Positions 50,555-60,600 of a stretch of DNA of 64,000 bases are shown here, piece by piece. How positions within the stretch are numbered: position 1 is the stretch's first letter; every line of letters starts with the position of its first letter. A program made the position numbers and the translations under genes. The notes under the pieces are model-generated. The model was not told the origin of the DNA, ran no database searches, and saw nothing but the letters and a program-made list of their open reading frames with translations. Origin of the DNA: Candidatus Nomurabacteria bacterium (GTDB lineage Bacteria; Patescibacteriota; Minisyncoccia; Phycocordibacterales; UBA9973); NCBI GenBank assembly GCA_023267195.1, contig JAHFNT010000004.1:64603-128602 (forward strand), written 5' to 3'.

Positions 50555-50580
50555 GAAAAAACCCCGCCGTGGCGGGGATT
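50555..50580 (-). terminator. Rho-independent terminator downstream of the P-loop kinase gene
   Basis: Minus strand reads ccccgcc-ac-ggcgggg followed by a T run. Confidence 0.6.
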
Positions 50581-50785
50581 CTTCTTAGGACTATCTCTGA
50601 TGTATTACCATAGCTTATAGCTAGGTGGGTGAGAGACGCGAGAGACCAAGGTCAAACACGATCGACTCTCCCATTAATTAGTGTTCTAGGTAATAATCGG
50701 AAATAACCCTACTTAAACTATACTCCCCCCAAATTTTTCCGCAACATAGACGAATTCCCTTTTTTGTTTTGGAATTTTTTCAAAA

Positions 50786-51346
50786 CTAAATAAGCAAAGG
50801 AAGGATTTCTTCCGCAATTTCTTCGGGTGTTTTACTAGTGGTATCTATTTTTTTATAGTTTGGATAGAAAAATGGATCAGGGCTTGGAGCAAAGTTCAGA
50901 GTTTTTTCTAAAAGAATAACTTTTTCCTTATTGGGTGCGTACTTTTTTTCTAAATTGCGCGAAGGATGGCTCGCTCGCTCAGCCCTAACAGAAAGCGGAG
51001 CAATTAACTCAACAAAAATTACTTGGCCACCCCTTGATTCGTATATACTTTTATATGTATCTATATTTATTTTGCCTTTTTCTTTCGTAAAGTTCCAAAC
51101 ATAAGTAAAAATAAGATTCAACCCAGCTTCTGCGGCTTCGGTAATCACCGCTTCTCGTATAAGACGACTCAATTTGTCTTCAGCAGAAGTTCCTACTCCA
51201 AACAAATGCATGACACTATCCATAATCATGTGATTGTGGAAAAGTTTAAAATTTGACTTCGATTCTAAAATCTTGCCCACAGTCGTCTTGCCAACAGCCG
51301 AAGGTCCGAATAAGATTAAAAGTTTTTTATCTTTTGCACTTTGCAT
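50786..51346 (-). CDS. P-loop NTPase / AAA-domain kinase-like protein
   Basis: LILFGPSAVGKTTVGKIL Walker A. 186 aa. Confidence 0.5.
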   Translation of the reverse strand: MQSAKDKKLLILFGPSAVGKTTVGKILESKSNFKLFHNHMIMDSVMHLFGVGTSAEDKLSRLIREAVITEAAEAGLNLIFTYVWNFTKEKGKINIDTYKSIYESRGGQVIFVELIAPLSVRAERASHPSRNLEKKYAPNKEKVILLEKTLNFAPSPDPFFYPNYKKIDTTSKTPEEIAEEILPLLI

Positions 51347-51350
51347 ATTT

Positions 51351-51908
51351 TTATTTCAAATATTTTTTCCTTTTTTCTTCTAACATAATATCGTACTTAT
51401 GGTTTACCAAAAGATCTTCTTTTTTTACACCCAAAGTTTCTAGAAAACCACATAACTCTTGTTGAATTTTTTGTCTGTCTTCGTGATTCTCGTTTGTTAC
51501 TATTTTCTCTATTTCTATAAACTCTCCTAATTCTTTTACCTCATCAAGCTCTATCACCATATCTTGGTATTTTGTTTTAATTCTCTTTTTATCAACCAAT
51601 ACTGTCTCTTGCCATTTCAAAAGTTTGAGAATTTGTATCATCATTTCACCATCTAAAATTTCTAATTCTCTTTCAAGTGAATCTTGCCGGCCAGATTGCG
51701 AAATTTTTAGAGTAAAAAGATATCTATCATTTTCTTTTCGAACTCGAAGTACCGGTGAATTCAAAGGCGGAGGAAAATTCTCCCCCTCGCGGTTAAAAAT
51801 ATGATCTACTTGATGTAATTCTTCCCCAAATCTACACCCAAAATCTTCTAGTTTTTTTATAACCTCTGTCCTGTCTCGCAGATGCGCCTTTACTTCAACT
51901 TCGTACAT
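51351..51908 (-). CDS. CYTH-domain protein (class IV adenylyl cyclase / triphosphatase family)
   Basis: N-terminal MYEVEVKAHL (ExExK signature). ~185 aa. Confidence 0.6.
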   Translation of the reverse strand: MYEVEVKAHLRDRTEVIKKLEDFGCRFGEELHQVDHIFNREGENFPPPLNSPVLRVRKENDRYLFTLKISQSGRQDSLERELEILDGEMMIQILKLLKWQETVLVDKKRIKTKYQDMVIELDEVKELGEFIEIEKIVTNENHEDRQKIQQELCGFLETLGVKKEDLLVNHKYDIMLEEKRKKYLK

Positions 51909-51911
51909 GGT

Positions 51912-52496
51912 TTACTCATCCACTCCGAAACGTTTGTAGTCGTAAGTTTTATTTTCGCCGAACCAATATTTTATTTCATGTTCTGCTTCTTCTGGAGTTT
52001 CTGAACAGTGCACGATGTTCATCACAGCACGCTTTTCCTTATTAGCTAATGCTGGACTATCAATTGAGAAATCTCCACGGATAGTGCCAACTTCCGCCAA
52101 GTATGGCATAGTCGGACCGGCAATCTTTCTAACAACATCAATAGCGTGTACTCCTTGTACCACCATTTTTACTAGGGGAGATGATTTCATGTAATCAATA
52201 AGCCACTTGCGAATTTCTGGCCCGATATTTGCAGGATCAACTGTACCAAAATCCATCATCGCATCATAGCCGTATTTCTCATAAGTTGAGAGAGTCTTTT
52301 TACCAAGTCTGGTAATCCATTCTTCGTTCTTTGGATAATGATTGTCTATCTGATCATGTGACGGCTGGAACATTTCAAGTGCCACAATCTTCAAATCTCG
52401 CTGTTCAAAACGACTAATAATCTCACCCGTGAGACCTTTCCTAACCCCATCAGGCTTGATCATTACATATGTGCGTTCTTCTTTTGGATGTTTCAT
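51912..52496 (-). CDS. ndk: Nucleoside diphosphate kinase (extended form)
   Basis: ERTYVMIKPDGVRKGLTGEIISRFEQRDLKIVALEM and active-site region NIVHCSE. Confidence 0.7.
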   Translation of the reverse strand: MKHPKEERTYVMIKPDGVRKGLTGEIISRFEQRDLKIVALEMFQPSHDQIDNHYPKNEEWITRLGKKTLSTYEKYGYDAMMDFGTVDPANIGPEIRKWLIDYMKSSPLVKMVVQGVHAIDVVRKIAGPTMPYLAEVGTIRGDFSIDSPALANKEKRAVMNIVHCSETPEEAEHEIKYWFGENKTYDYKRFGVDE

Positions 52497-52541
52497 ATGT
52501 GTCTATACTAGCAGAAAAAAATATTTTTGCAAAAGCTATTA

Positions 52542-55310
52542 TTACTCCATCGTCTTATACCTCCCCATAATTTCCGCTTCCACTTCCGCGCGATCACGGC
52601 CATATTTTACGTAAGAAAGTTCTTTCAAACTATCCACAATGTCAGGGTTTCCCTTTTCTGGAGCTAAGGTTCTAATATTAAAAGGTTTGGTTGGTTGGCC
52701 ATTCACTAGCATACTCACATAAGCATTGTAGTTATCGAGTTTGGTAATATCCTGCGCATTGAAAATTGGTTTAAATTTTGGCTCCAAAAACGTAGCATCT
52801 TCAGTGCCGACACGGAACACCGCCATCGAACCGACGTTGCCAAAGACTGCGTTTTTGATATTTTCCTCAAGCTGGGTAATGTATTGATGCGCAATGTTGA
52901 GCGAGAGTCGGTATTTGCGCGCCTCAGAGAGAATAGAAGCGATAGAATCCGTAGTGACATTCTGGAACTCGTCGATATACAGGTAGAAATCATTCATTGG
53001 CTTGCCGAACATATCCACGCGCGAGAGCGCCGCCATTTGGATCTTGCCAACCAACACCAGACCGATTAAGTTTGCATTGATGTCCCCGAGTCGGCCTTTG
53101 GAAAGATTCACCAAGAGAATTTTCTTCTCATCCATAATCTTGCGGAAATTAAAAACAGAATTCTGCTGAAGTACAACTGGGCGCATAATGTCGTTTGAAA
53201 TAAAATTATCAAATTTGGAAGAAATATACGGCACGAAGTTTGCCAGCGACTGGTCCCCCGTCGTTTGTTCGGCTGAAATCCAAAATTGTTTAATGATCGG
53301 ATTTTTGCATTTTGCCAATTTCAGATCACGGAATTCTTTATCAGCCAAAACACGAGTAATCTCGAGCAAGGTCGAACCAGATTCTGGATCTTCCATCACT
53401 AGAAACGCACTGTTTCTGAAGTATTGCTCAAACATTGCTCCGCCTCCAACCTTCATATCAAAAAGTTTATTGAAAATACCCATCAGTTCATTTACCACGA
53501 AAGTCTTCTGCTCAGGATATTTCGGATCATACTCCAGCATATTGAGCCCCATCGGCCGCGCGGTGTAGGCCGGATCAAAATAAATCACATCGTCAATGCG
53601 CTCTTTCGGAATACGCGACAAAATAGTCTGAATATCCGTACCATGCGGATCAATATAACAACAACCATCCCCGTTTTTTATATCCTGCGTGATCATATTG
53701 AGCATGATATTCGTCTTACCAGTACCCGTCTGACCGATAACGTAAAAATGACGCATGCGATCTTCCCGCGCCAAATGAACCTCTGTTTCTCTCCCCCGAT
53801 AGCTGTTCACACCAAGCAATATACCCTCCTGTCCCATTTCTATTGGAGCGGGAGCAATGCCCGCTTTGGCCTCTTTGAGCTGTGGCTGATTGCCCACTCC
53901 GACCGGGAAATGAAATACCGAGGCAAGTTCTTTTAGATTCATGGGCAATATCTTCTGATGTGAAAATGCTCGATAGGAAAAATCATGAAAGAGCTGTTTT
54001 AGGTCACTTCCTTGCGCTTCTTCAAAAACAAAAGAGTTGCTGGCCGCCTCAGCAAATTGATTGAAGCTCGACTCAATCTCTTTCAAAATCGCCTCTGCGC
54101 GCGACTTTGTTTCACTGGAGGCAATGACCCGAATGTTAGATGCCATAATTGTGCTTTTTATTTTATTCCCTATTTTCTCCACAGCATTGGTATCAACCGC
54201 TCGCCTGCCCTTCATATACTTTTCTTTTTTTTCTCCCGCTTCTTTTTCTTTCTGGCCGAAAAATAATTCTTTCCCGACTTTTACCAACTCTTCCTTGATT
54301 TTATAAAAATTGTCTGCAGCATGCTTGACTGAAATGCCGTCTTTCACATCATCCAAGATGTGATGAAATTGGTTGATAAATTTATCGCCAGCCGGCACGA
54401 TCACTAGCTGGATCGCCGCACCCTCACCGACCGTCTTCAACTTGGAAAAAACGTTCAAGATCGGATTCATTGGGTCATGCTCAATGTTGTCATAGGTCTT
54501 GATCGGCATCACTCCACGTTCGGCAAAAGAAGCGTAAGCGCCAACCGAAGCGCCATCAATGTTAAAAATATTGTAATCATCCGTCACCTCGCGAATTTTC
54601 GCATTGTGATAGAAAGCCAAGACTTGCTTTTCAAACAACGTCAGATGTTTATTTGGAATACCGGCATATACCACGACTTCATCACTCTGGTTGCCAAGCG
54701 CCACTTCCAAGGTAAAGTAATTTTCTTTTTCGTTATTGCGCCCCTCCGAAATAGAATGCATGCCAGCATAAAATTGCTCCATCGCTCCGATAAATTCTTT
54801 GAAACCCTTGGACTTGTCCGCTTCCTCTTCCGGCGGCGGCAAAGTAATTTCAAAAAGCGTCATATTAAAAGCTTTATACATCGGTGTTCCTTCTTTAAAA
54901 TCAAGTTTTACTTGCCCAGTTTTTAAATATTGAATAAGAATTCTATGAAAATCATCATCAATATGTGGGTTATTCATTGCCTCCACGACAGAAAGCGCGT
55001 TCCTGATCCCTTTAGTTATCACTATCCCTAAAAGTTCTTCCATGGTGGCATCATGGGTTTCTGGTTTGAGCGCCAGCACAATACCTTCTGTTTCTTTCTT
55101 GCTCAGCAAATTGTCTTCGTGCACCAATTTTTCTGCTGGAATATTCTTATATTCTCCCACCACCTCCCGCGCCGCCTTTTCAGTCGCATGTTCGATGTGC
55201 CCTAATTTGATAAGTTCCTCTTCTTTTTCTTTGACATGCGCGCGCAAATACTCAAGCTCCTCTTCTGGGCTTTTAAACTTCGGCATCTCTTTAAAGAATG
55301 ACGGTTCCAT
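52542..55310 (-). CDS. Large P-loop ATPase with TraD/VirD4/HerA-like (DUF87 / T4SS-coupling-protein-type) C-terminal domain
   Basis: 922 aa. Walker A HFYVIGQTGTGKTNIMLNMI followed by CYIDPHG. Walker B LYIDEFQNV. No N-terminal transmembrane segment. Confidence 0.5.
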   Translation of the reverse strand: MEPSFFKEMPKFKSPEEELEYLRAHVKEKEEELIKLGHIEHATEKAAREVVGEYKNIPAEKLVHEDNLLSKKETEGIVLALKPETHDATMEELLGIVITKGIRNALSVVEAMNNPHIDDDFHRILIQYLKTGQVKLDFKEGTPMYKAFNMTLFEITLPPPEEEADKSKGFKEFIGAMEQFYAGMHSISEGRNNEKENYFTLEVALGNQSDEVVVYAGIPNKHLTLFEKQVLAFYHNAKIREVTDDYNIFNIDGASVGAYASFAERGVMPIKTYDNIEHDPMNPILNVFSKLKTVGEGAAIQLVIVPAGDKFINQFHHILDDVKDGISVKHAADNFYKIKEELVKVGKELFFGQKEKEAGEKKEKYMKGRRAVDTNAVEKIGNKIKSTIMASNIRVIASSETKSRAEAILKEIESSFNQFAEAASNSFVFEEAQGSDLKQLFHDFSYRAFSHQKILPMNLKELASVFHFPVGVGNQPQLKEAKAGIAPAPIEMGQEGILLGVNSYRGRETEVHLAREDRMRHFYVIGQTGTGKTNIMLNMITQDIKNGDGCCYIDPHGTDIQTILSRIPKERIDDVIYFDPAYTARPMGLNMLEYDPKYPEQKTFVVNELMGIFNKLFDMKVGGGAMFEQYFRNSAFLVMEDPESGSTLLEITRVLADKEFRDLKLAKCKNPIIKQFWISAEQTTGDQSLANFVPYISSKFDNFISNDIMRPVVLQQNSVFNFRKIMDEKKILLVNLSKGRLGDINANLIGLVLVGKIQMAALSRVDMFGKPMNDFYLYIDEFQNVTTDSIASILSEARKYRLSLNIAHQYITQLEENIKNAVFGNVGSMAVFRVGTEDATFLEPKFKPIFNAQDITKLDNYNAYVSMLVNGQPTKPFNIRTLAPEKGNPDIVDSLKELSYVKYGRDRAEVEAEIMGRYKTME

Positions 55311-55332
55311 CTATTTAATTATACAACAAAAA

Positions 55333-56106
55333 TTAAATTTTAGTTAAAATTTCTGGCTCGCCATCAGTAATTAAAATCGTATGTTCAAAATGCGCGCTGC
55401 GCTTCCCGTCAGCGGTGCGGATAGTGTAACCATCTTCATCTATCGTCACATGTTTAGTCCCCAGATTTATCATTGGTTCAAGCGCCACGATCATCCCCGG
55501 CACTAATTTTTCGCCTTTCCCTCTTTTGCCAAAATTTGGAATATATGGATCTTCGTGAATTTTCTTGCCCACGCCATGCCCAGAGAGAACTTCCACGATT
55601 CCATACTTACCCTGCGAACGAATATAGCTTTCTATGGCATAACCGACATCTCCTACTGTATTGCCTCCCAACGCAGCCTCAATACCGACTTGCAGAGATT
55701 CTTCTGTAACCTGCATTAGTTTCAAATCTTCTTTACTAACTTTCCCCACAGGCACCGTCATGGCCATATCTGTAAAAAGTCCTCGGTGTTTTACCCCAAG
55801 ATCAATGGAGACAATGTCTCCTGCTTTTAAGATTCTGTCTTTTTTGGGAATACCATGCACCACTTCATCATTTACCGACACACAAAGAGTGGCGGGAAAA
55901 GGTCTATCGGCTCCATCTGGGCGATATCCTAAAAATGCCGGCTCGTCCCTCATCTCGCGAATTAATTTCTCCGCATATAAATCTAAATCTTTAGTGGAAA
56001 TACCGGGCGCCACTTTTTCTTTGACTTTATAAAGTACAGTCGCCAAATGTTTGCCGCCTTCACGAATTATTTCTATCTCTTCTTTTGTCTTGATGATAAT
56101 TGACAT
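55333..56106 (-). CDS. map: Methionine aminopeptidase, type I
   Basis: 257 aa. Metal ligands in GDIVSIDLG, GHGVGKKIHEDP, MIVALEPM. Confidence 0.9.
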   Translation of the reverse strand: MSIIIKTKEEIEIIREGGKHLATVLYKVKEKVAPGISTKDLDLYAEKLIREMRDEPAFLGYRPDGADRPFPATLCVSVNDEVVHGIPKKDRILKAGDIVSIDLGVKHRGLFTDMAMTVPVGKVSKEDLKLMQVTEESLQVGIEAALGGNTVGDVGYAIESYIRSQGKYGIVEVLSGHGVGKKIHEDPYIPNFGKRGKGEKLVPGMIVALEPMINLGTKHVTIDEDGYTIRTADGKRSAHFEHTILITDGEPEILTKI

Positions 56107-56117
56107 AATTTAAAACC

Positions 56118-56798
56118 TCAGCTAATAGTTGTTCCCAAAAATTTTTCGCCGTTTAGGTAATTGGCGAGATTGGTTATCGGTTTGCCATTCATGATCGCCA
56201 CAGTAATGCCTGCTTCCTGCGCCGCCTTCGAAGCAATCGGGTCAAAGGGGGAGTTCAGTCCTGGATTCCATTCTTTTGGTATAAGAACCTGGTAATCTGC
56301 CCAAGAAATCTGCTCTATTTTTTTAGCATTAGAGTTCGTTTTTGGATCAGAATCATATACATGATCAATATTGGATAAATTAATCACTTTTTTTGCGCCA
56401 AGTTGCTTCCCCAGTATTACCGCATCATAATCCGTACTCCATCCAGGCTTCCAACCACCTCCTACAATTACAGATTTTGTTAATTTAACTGGCAAGGTTG
56501 GATCAAGAATTATTTTATCTTCCGCCAAGTCCCCAAATAAAATTTTTAGAAACTCTGCATTAAAACGAGTAGAATATATACCAAGCCAATCTAAATCTGC
56601 GCTAGAAGGATTAATGAGTTGTTTGGCTGCATCTTGATATTTTCGACAAATTTTTCCTCCACCAGCAATAATCACAAACTTTTTTCCTGTTGCAGCCTGC
56701 GCAAGAATAAGATTTCTAAAATCTTTCAAGAATTCTGTATCTATCGCTTCAGGTATGATAAGTGATCCTCCTAGTGAAATAACGATTATTTCTTCCAT
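56118..56798 (-). CDS. pyrH: UMP kinase, archaeal-type (amino-acid kinase family)
   Basis: IIVISLGGSLI, VIIAGGGKI, GWKPGWSTDYDAVILGKQLGAK. Confidence 0.65.
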   Translation of the reverse strand: MEEIIVISLGGSLIIPEAIDTEFLKDFRNLILAQAATGKKFVIIAGGGKICRKYQDAAKQLINPSSADLDWLGIYSTRFNAEFLKILFGDLAEDKIILDPTLPVKLTKSVIVGGGWKPGWSTDYDAVILGKQLGAKKVINLSNIDHVYDSDPKTNSNAKKIEQISWADYQVLIPKEWNPGLNSPFDPIASKAAQEAGITVAIMNGKPITNLANYLNGEKFLGTTIS

Positions 56799-56799
56799 A

Positions 56800-57399
56800 T
56801 TAGAATCCTAGAGCTTGAATAATATCTTTGTGCACGTCTTCGACACTCTGTTCTCCATTTATCGCATAAATTTCATAACCTTGTTTGCCCTTAAAATAAT
56901 CCATCGCTGGAACTACATTTTTTTCATACTCCTCAAATCTTTTTTCCAAACCCTCCTTGGTATCATCATGACGCCCGCGCAGAAGATTCCTCTTCATTGC
57001 TTCTTCTTTGCCAACTTTAATATAAATAATTTTTACCTCTTCCCGCTTAAAAAATTTCGCCATTGTTTCAAAAGTTTTTGCTTGCACAATTGTGCGAGGG
57101 TATCCGTCAGTTATCAAATGTTTTTCCGCGGTCAAGGAAGAGATCAACGCATTCGCGACCAGCGAATCAGTTAGAAAATCAGGTTGAAGATTGCCCCTGG
57201 AAACCGATTCTTTTACTAAAACCCCTGTGTAGTTGCCATGATCAATAAGTTTCCGATATTCGTTACCGGGAGATATAAAAACGCTCTCGCGCCCGTCGCG
57301 CTTCTTTAAAAAGTTGACTAAAAGATCCACTTGGGTACCCTTTCCAGAACCCACTTGCCCGAAAAATACAAAAGTCTGTGGTTGCATATATCTACACAA
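56800..57399 (-). CDS. adk: Adenylate kinase
   Basis: GQVGSGKGTQ P-loop, DGYPRT, GRHDDTKE. Confidence 0.85.
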   Translation of the reverse strand: MCRYMQPQTFVFFGQVGSGKGTQVDLLVNFLKKRDGRESVFISPGNEYRKLIDHGNYTGVLVKESVSRGNLQPDFLTDSLVANALISSLTAEKHLITDGYPRTIVQAKTFETMAKFFKREEVKIIYIKVGKEEAMKRNLLRGRHDDTKEGLEKRFEEYEKNVVPAMDYFKGKQGYEIYAINGEQSVEDVHKDIIQALGF

Positions 57400-57447
57400 T
57401 ACAAAATTTAGCTTGAAAAATCAATCTAAATAACATACTATTCTGGT

Positions 57448-58020
57448 ATGGTTAAAAAAGAAATTATAACGATCACAGGCTTCCCGGGAAGTGGTAAATC
57501 AAGCACGGCAGATGGAGTGGCAAAAGCACTTGGGTTTCAGAGATTTTCTTCTGGTGACTTTATGCGCCAGATTGCTATTGACCGAAAAATTTCTCTCAAC
57601 GAACTGAGTGTACTCGCGGAAAGAGACACAACGGTAGATGAAAGTATCGACAATGCAGTGAAAAAAGCTGGTAAAATGGACAAAGTTGTTATCGACTCTC
57701 GTTTAGCATTCCACTGGATACCAAATTCTTTTAAGGTATACCTAGATCTTCCTTTAGAGATCGCCAAGGAAAGAATTTCACACAATCTAAAAACAAATAC
57801 GTTGCGGCAAGAGAGCGAGGGACAAACTGATGTTGACGAAGTGTATAAAAAAATAGTCGCACGGCTTGAATCTGAGAAAAAGAGATACAAAGAGCTCTAT
57901 AACATAGACCACACAGACAAAACTAATTTCGATTTAGTGATAGACACAAACAAAAACAACTTAGAACAAGTTGTGAATGTTATCGTTTCGGAATATAAAA
58001 AGTGGAGAGAAAAAATTTAG
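57448..58020 (+). CDS. cmk: Cytidylate kinase, archaeal-type (CMP kinase)
   Basis: ITITGFPGSGKSST P-loop and VVIDSRLAFHWIP. Opposite strand to the flanking secY and adk. Confidence 0.65.
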   Translation: MVKKEIITITGFPGSGKSSTADGVAKALGFQRFSSGDFMRQIAIDRKISLNELSVLAERDTTVDESIDNAVKKAGKMDKVVIDSRLAFHWIPNSFKVYLDLPLEIAKERISHNLKTNTLRQESEGQTDVDEVYKKIVARLESEKKRYKELYNIDHTDKTNFDLVIDTNKNNLEQVVNVIVSEYKKWREKI

Positions 58021-59288
58021 TATTCCCTCATGGAAACCTGTGCGTCAACTTTTTTGATCAGGTCGAGCACCACAGAAACCACGATCAGCACCGAGGTGCC
58101 GCCTAGGGCAAAAGCAGTGTTGCCAGTAATGAATTGCATAATCAAAGGCAAAACGGCAATAAATCCTAGAAAAACGGCACCCACTAAGGTGATATGAGTA
58201 AGAACCTTGGAAATATATTGAGAAGTCGATAATCCAGGGCGAATACCCGGAATAAACGCCCCGTTTTTTTGTAAGTTAGTCGAAAGCGCTTCCGGATCAA
58301 AAGTTACAGCGGTATAAAAGTAGGTGAAAAGAAATACAAAAATAAAATAAAGAACAGCATACAGCACGCTGGTTTGGGTGAAGGCCACAAGCACTTTTGA
58401 AATACTTACCAAAATCTCATTGGAAAATCGAGAGAGAAAGGTCCCAATCATTTGTGGAAAAAGCAAAATAGAAAGGGCAAAGATTATCGGAATAACTCCA
58501 GCCTGATTCACACGCAGCGGAAGATAAGTGGAACCACCACCATACATTTTCATGCCCCGAACACGTTTGGCATAGGTGACTGGGATAGGACGTTCAGCTT
58601 CAGTCACCAGCACAATCCCACCCAAAATAAGGACGCCGACTACCGCAAACACTAAATACAAAGGAATCTGGGAAACATCAAAAGTAAATGCATTCTGACT
58701 AACCCACGCTGGAAGTCGGGAAACAATACCCGCGAAGATTATAAGTGAAACCCCATTACCAATACCAAACTCAGAAATAAGTTCGCCAATCCACATTATC
58801 AAAATTGAACCAGCAATAATAATAAATAAATTGGTAATGCGATCAAAGGCAGTCAAATTAAATAAAATATTTTGCTTTTCTAGAACATACAAAAGGCTGA
58901 ATCCTTGTATGGCCGCAAGTGGAACAGTAAGCACTCTCGAATACTGAGCAAACTTCTTTCTCCCTGCTTCCCCCTCTTCATGGTAAATCTTTTTTAGGGA
59001 AGGTACCATGATAGTAAGAAGTTGCATTATAATAGAGCCGGTAATGTATGGACCAACACCAAGCATAATGATAGACAAGTTGGAAAGTCCACCACCCGAA
59101 AAGATGTTCAGAATGCCGAAAAATTGATTATTGGATAAAAATCTTGAGAGCGCTACTGTATCAATACCAGGAATAGGAATAGCGGAGAGTAATCTGAATA
59201 TTATCAGAGCGGCAAATACAAACAAAACTCTTTTCCGCAAAGATGCATCCGTCCAAATTAGTTTTATTTTATTCCAAAAATTTTGCAT
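58017..59288 (-). CDS. secY: Preprotein translocase subunit SecY
   Basis: 423 aa, 10 transmembrane segments. GGGLSNLSIIMLGVGPYITGSIIMQLL. Confidence 0.95.
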   Translation of the reverse strand: MQNFWNKIKLIWTDASLRKRVLFVFAALIIFRLLSAIPIPGIDTVALSRFLSNNQFFGILNIFSGGGLSNLSIIMLGVGPYITGSIIMQLLTIMVPSLKKIYHEEGEAGRKKFAQYSRVLTVPLAAIQGFSLLYVLEKQNILFNLTAFDRITNLFIIIAGSILIMWIGELISEFGIGNGVSLIIFAGIVSRLPAWVSQNAFTFDVSQIPLYLVFAVVGVLILGGIVLVTEAERPIPVTYAKRVRGMKMYGGGSTYLPLRVNQAGVIPIIFALSILLFPQMIGTFLSRFSNEILVSISKVLVAFTQTSVLYAVLYFIFVFLFTYFYTAVTFDPEALSTNLQKNGAFIPGIRPGLSTSQYISKVLTHITLVGAVFLGFIAVLPLIMQFITGNTAFALGGTSVLIVVSVVLDLIKKVDAQVSMREY

Positions 59289-59289
59289 A

Positions 59290-59601
59290 TTACTTTATGA
59301 CTATTTTCTTTCCTTTAACACCTAATCGTTTGCGAATCTCAGAGAACTTCTCTATTTTGCCGGCACTTGAAAGAACTTTCTCTTTGAGAACAATAAAAGG
59401 TTTGCGCACAGACTTGAACTGGTAGCCACGATTCTTCGGCAATTTTTTAATTATATCGCGAAGTTCTGGTCGGCGCTTGTTGCCAGCGCGAGCTGTCTGA
59501 CCCTTGCCTCCGCGACCAGAAGTCTTGGCGTGCTTGCCACCACGACCTACTAGCCTATCTTTTTTATTCTTATGGGTTCTTTTTAAATTATGTATTTGCA
59601 T
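59290..59601 (-). CDS. rplO: 50S ribosomal protein L15
   Basis: KRTHKNKKDRLVGRGGKHAKTSGRGGKGQTARAG. Confidence 0.9.
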   Translation of the reverse strand: MQIHNLKRTHKNKKDRLVGRGGKHAKTSGRGGKGQTARAGNKRRPELRDIIKKLPKNRGYQFKSVRKPFIVLKEKVLSSAGKIEKFSEIRKRLGVKGKKIVIK

Positions 59602-59628
59602 AAAATTTATAATGAGTTTACTGAATTA

Positions 59629-60201
59629 TTATTCTTCTACAACTACAGGAACTTCTTTATTGGCAACGACAATACTTTCGGGTATAGGCTTGGTATATTT
59701 TGAAGAAATTTCTGAAAGAGCAGACATCACTGCTTTGGCATTATTCAGTTTATTTTTACTGTTGGATAAAATTTTTCCAGTAATATCTTTAATTCCGGAC
59801 AGCTTTACAATATCACGAACCACCGATCCCGCCACTAGCCCGCGTCCTTTGTTGGGCAAAATCACCACATACGAACTCCTGAATTTTGCCGAAAGCTCAT
59901 GAGGGATGGACATTGTTTTAGTGAGATTAAGTTTAACCATGTTTTTCTTGGCATTTCGGAGCGCCTTGTTGATAGCGAGAGCAGTGTCTCCAGCCTTTCC
60001 CAAACCCAAACCAACCCCTCCTTTCTTATCACCCGCCACCAGCGCAACACTAAAAGAAAATCTGCGCCCTCCTGCAACAACACGAGTCACGCGTCGAATG
60101 TCTATGATCTTCTGGTCAAATTCAGGCTTCACGCGATTAAAAGAAGAACCTCGGCGGCCGCTACCTTTCTTTTCTCTTATGTTTTCTTTTGCTTTTTCCA
60201 T
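59629..60201 (-). CDS. rpsE: 30S ribosomal protein S5 (no L30 gene between S5 and L15)
   Basis: VTRVVAGGRRFSFSVALVAGDKKGGVGLGLGKAGDTALAINKA. Confidence 0.9.
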   Translation of the reverse strand: MEKAKENIREKKGSGRRGSSFNRVKPEFDQKIIDIRRVTRVVAGGRRFSFSVALVAGDKKGGVGLGLGKAGDTALAINKALRNAKKNMVKLNLTKTMSIPHELSAKFRSSYVVILPNKGRGLVAGSVVRDIVKLSGIKDITGKILSNSKNKLNNAKAVMSALSEISSKYTKPIPESIVVANKEVPVVVEE

Positions 60202-60231
60202 ATTACTTTATGAAGTTTATAACTTTCCGCT

Positions 60232-60573
60232 TTAAAACTCGAGCCCACCTGCGCGAGCTTCATCTGCTACTAATTTTATGCGTCCAGTATACTTAAATCC
60301 ATTGCGATCAAAAACAACTTTTGTGATTTTGGCTTTCAGACAAACCTCCGCAATCATCTTACCGACTTCTTTCGCTCTTTCTGTCTTGGTACCCTTAGTT
60401 ATCTTAACGTCACTTGCCTGTGCTATCGTCTTGCCTGTTTGATCATTGATAACTTGCGCATAAATAAATTTATTTGAACGGAAAACGGTCAGCCTAGGGC
60501 GCGTATCAGTACCTTTGATCTTTACTCGGATCTTTTTCTTTAACCTTATTCTTTTGTCAGTTTTGTTAATCAT
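60232..60573 (-). CDS. rplR: 50S ribosomal protein L18
   Basis: RLTVFRSNKFIYAQVINDQTGKTIAQAS. Confidence 0.9.
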   Translation of the reverse strand: MINKTDKRIRLKKKIRVKIKGTDTRPRLTVFRSNKFIYAQVINDQTGKTIAQASDVKITKGTKTERAKEVGKMIAEVCLKAKITKVVFDRNGFKYTGRIKLVADEARAGGLEF

Positions 60574-60600
60574 AATTTTATTTATAGTGAGCTTGTCGAA

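Noticed and set aside
57537-57890. 117-aa minus-strand ORF inside cmk
   Set aside because: It is antisense to a kinase ORF with clear P-loop and CMP-kinase motifs.
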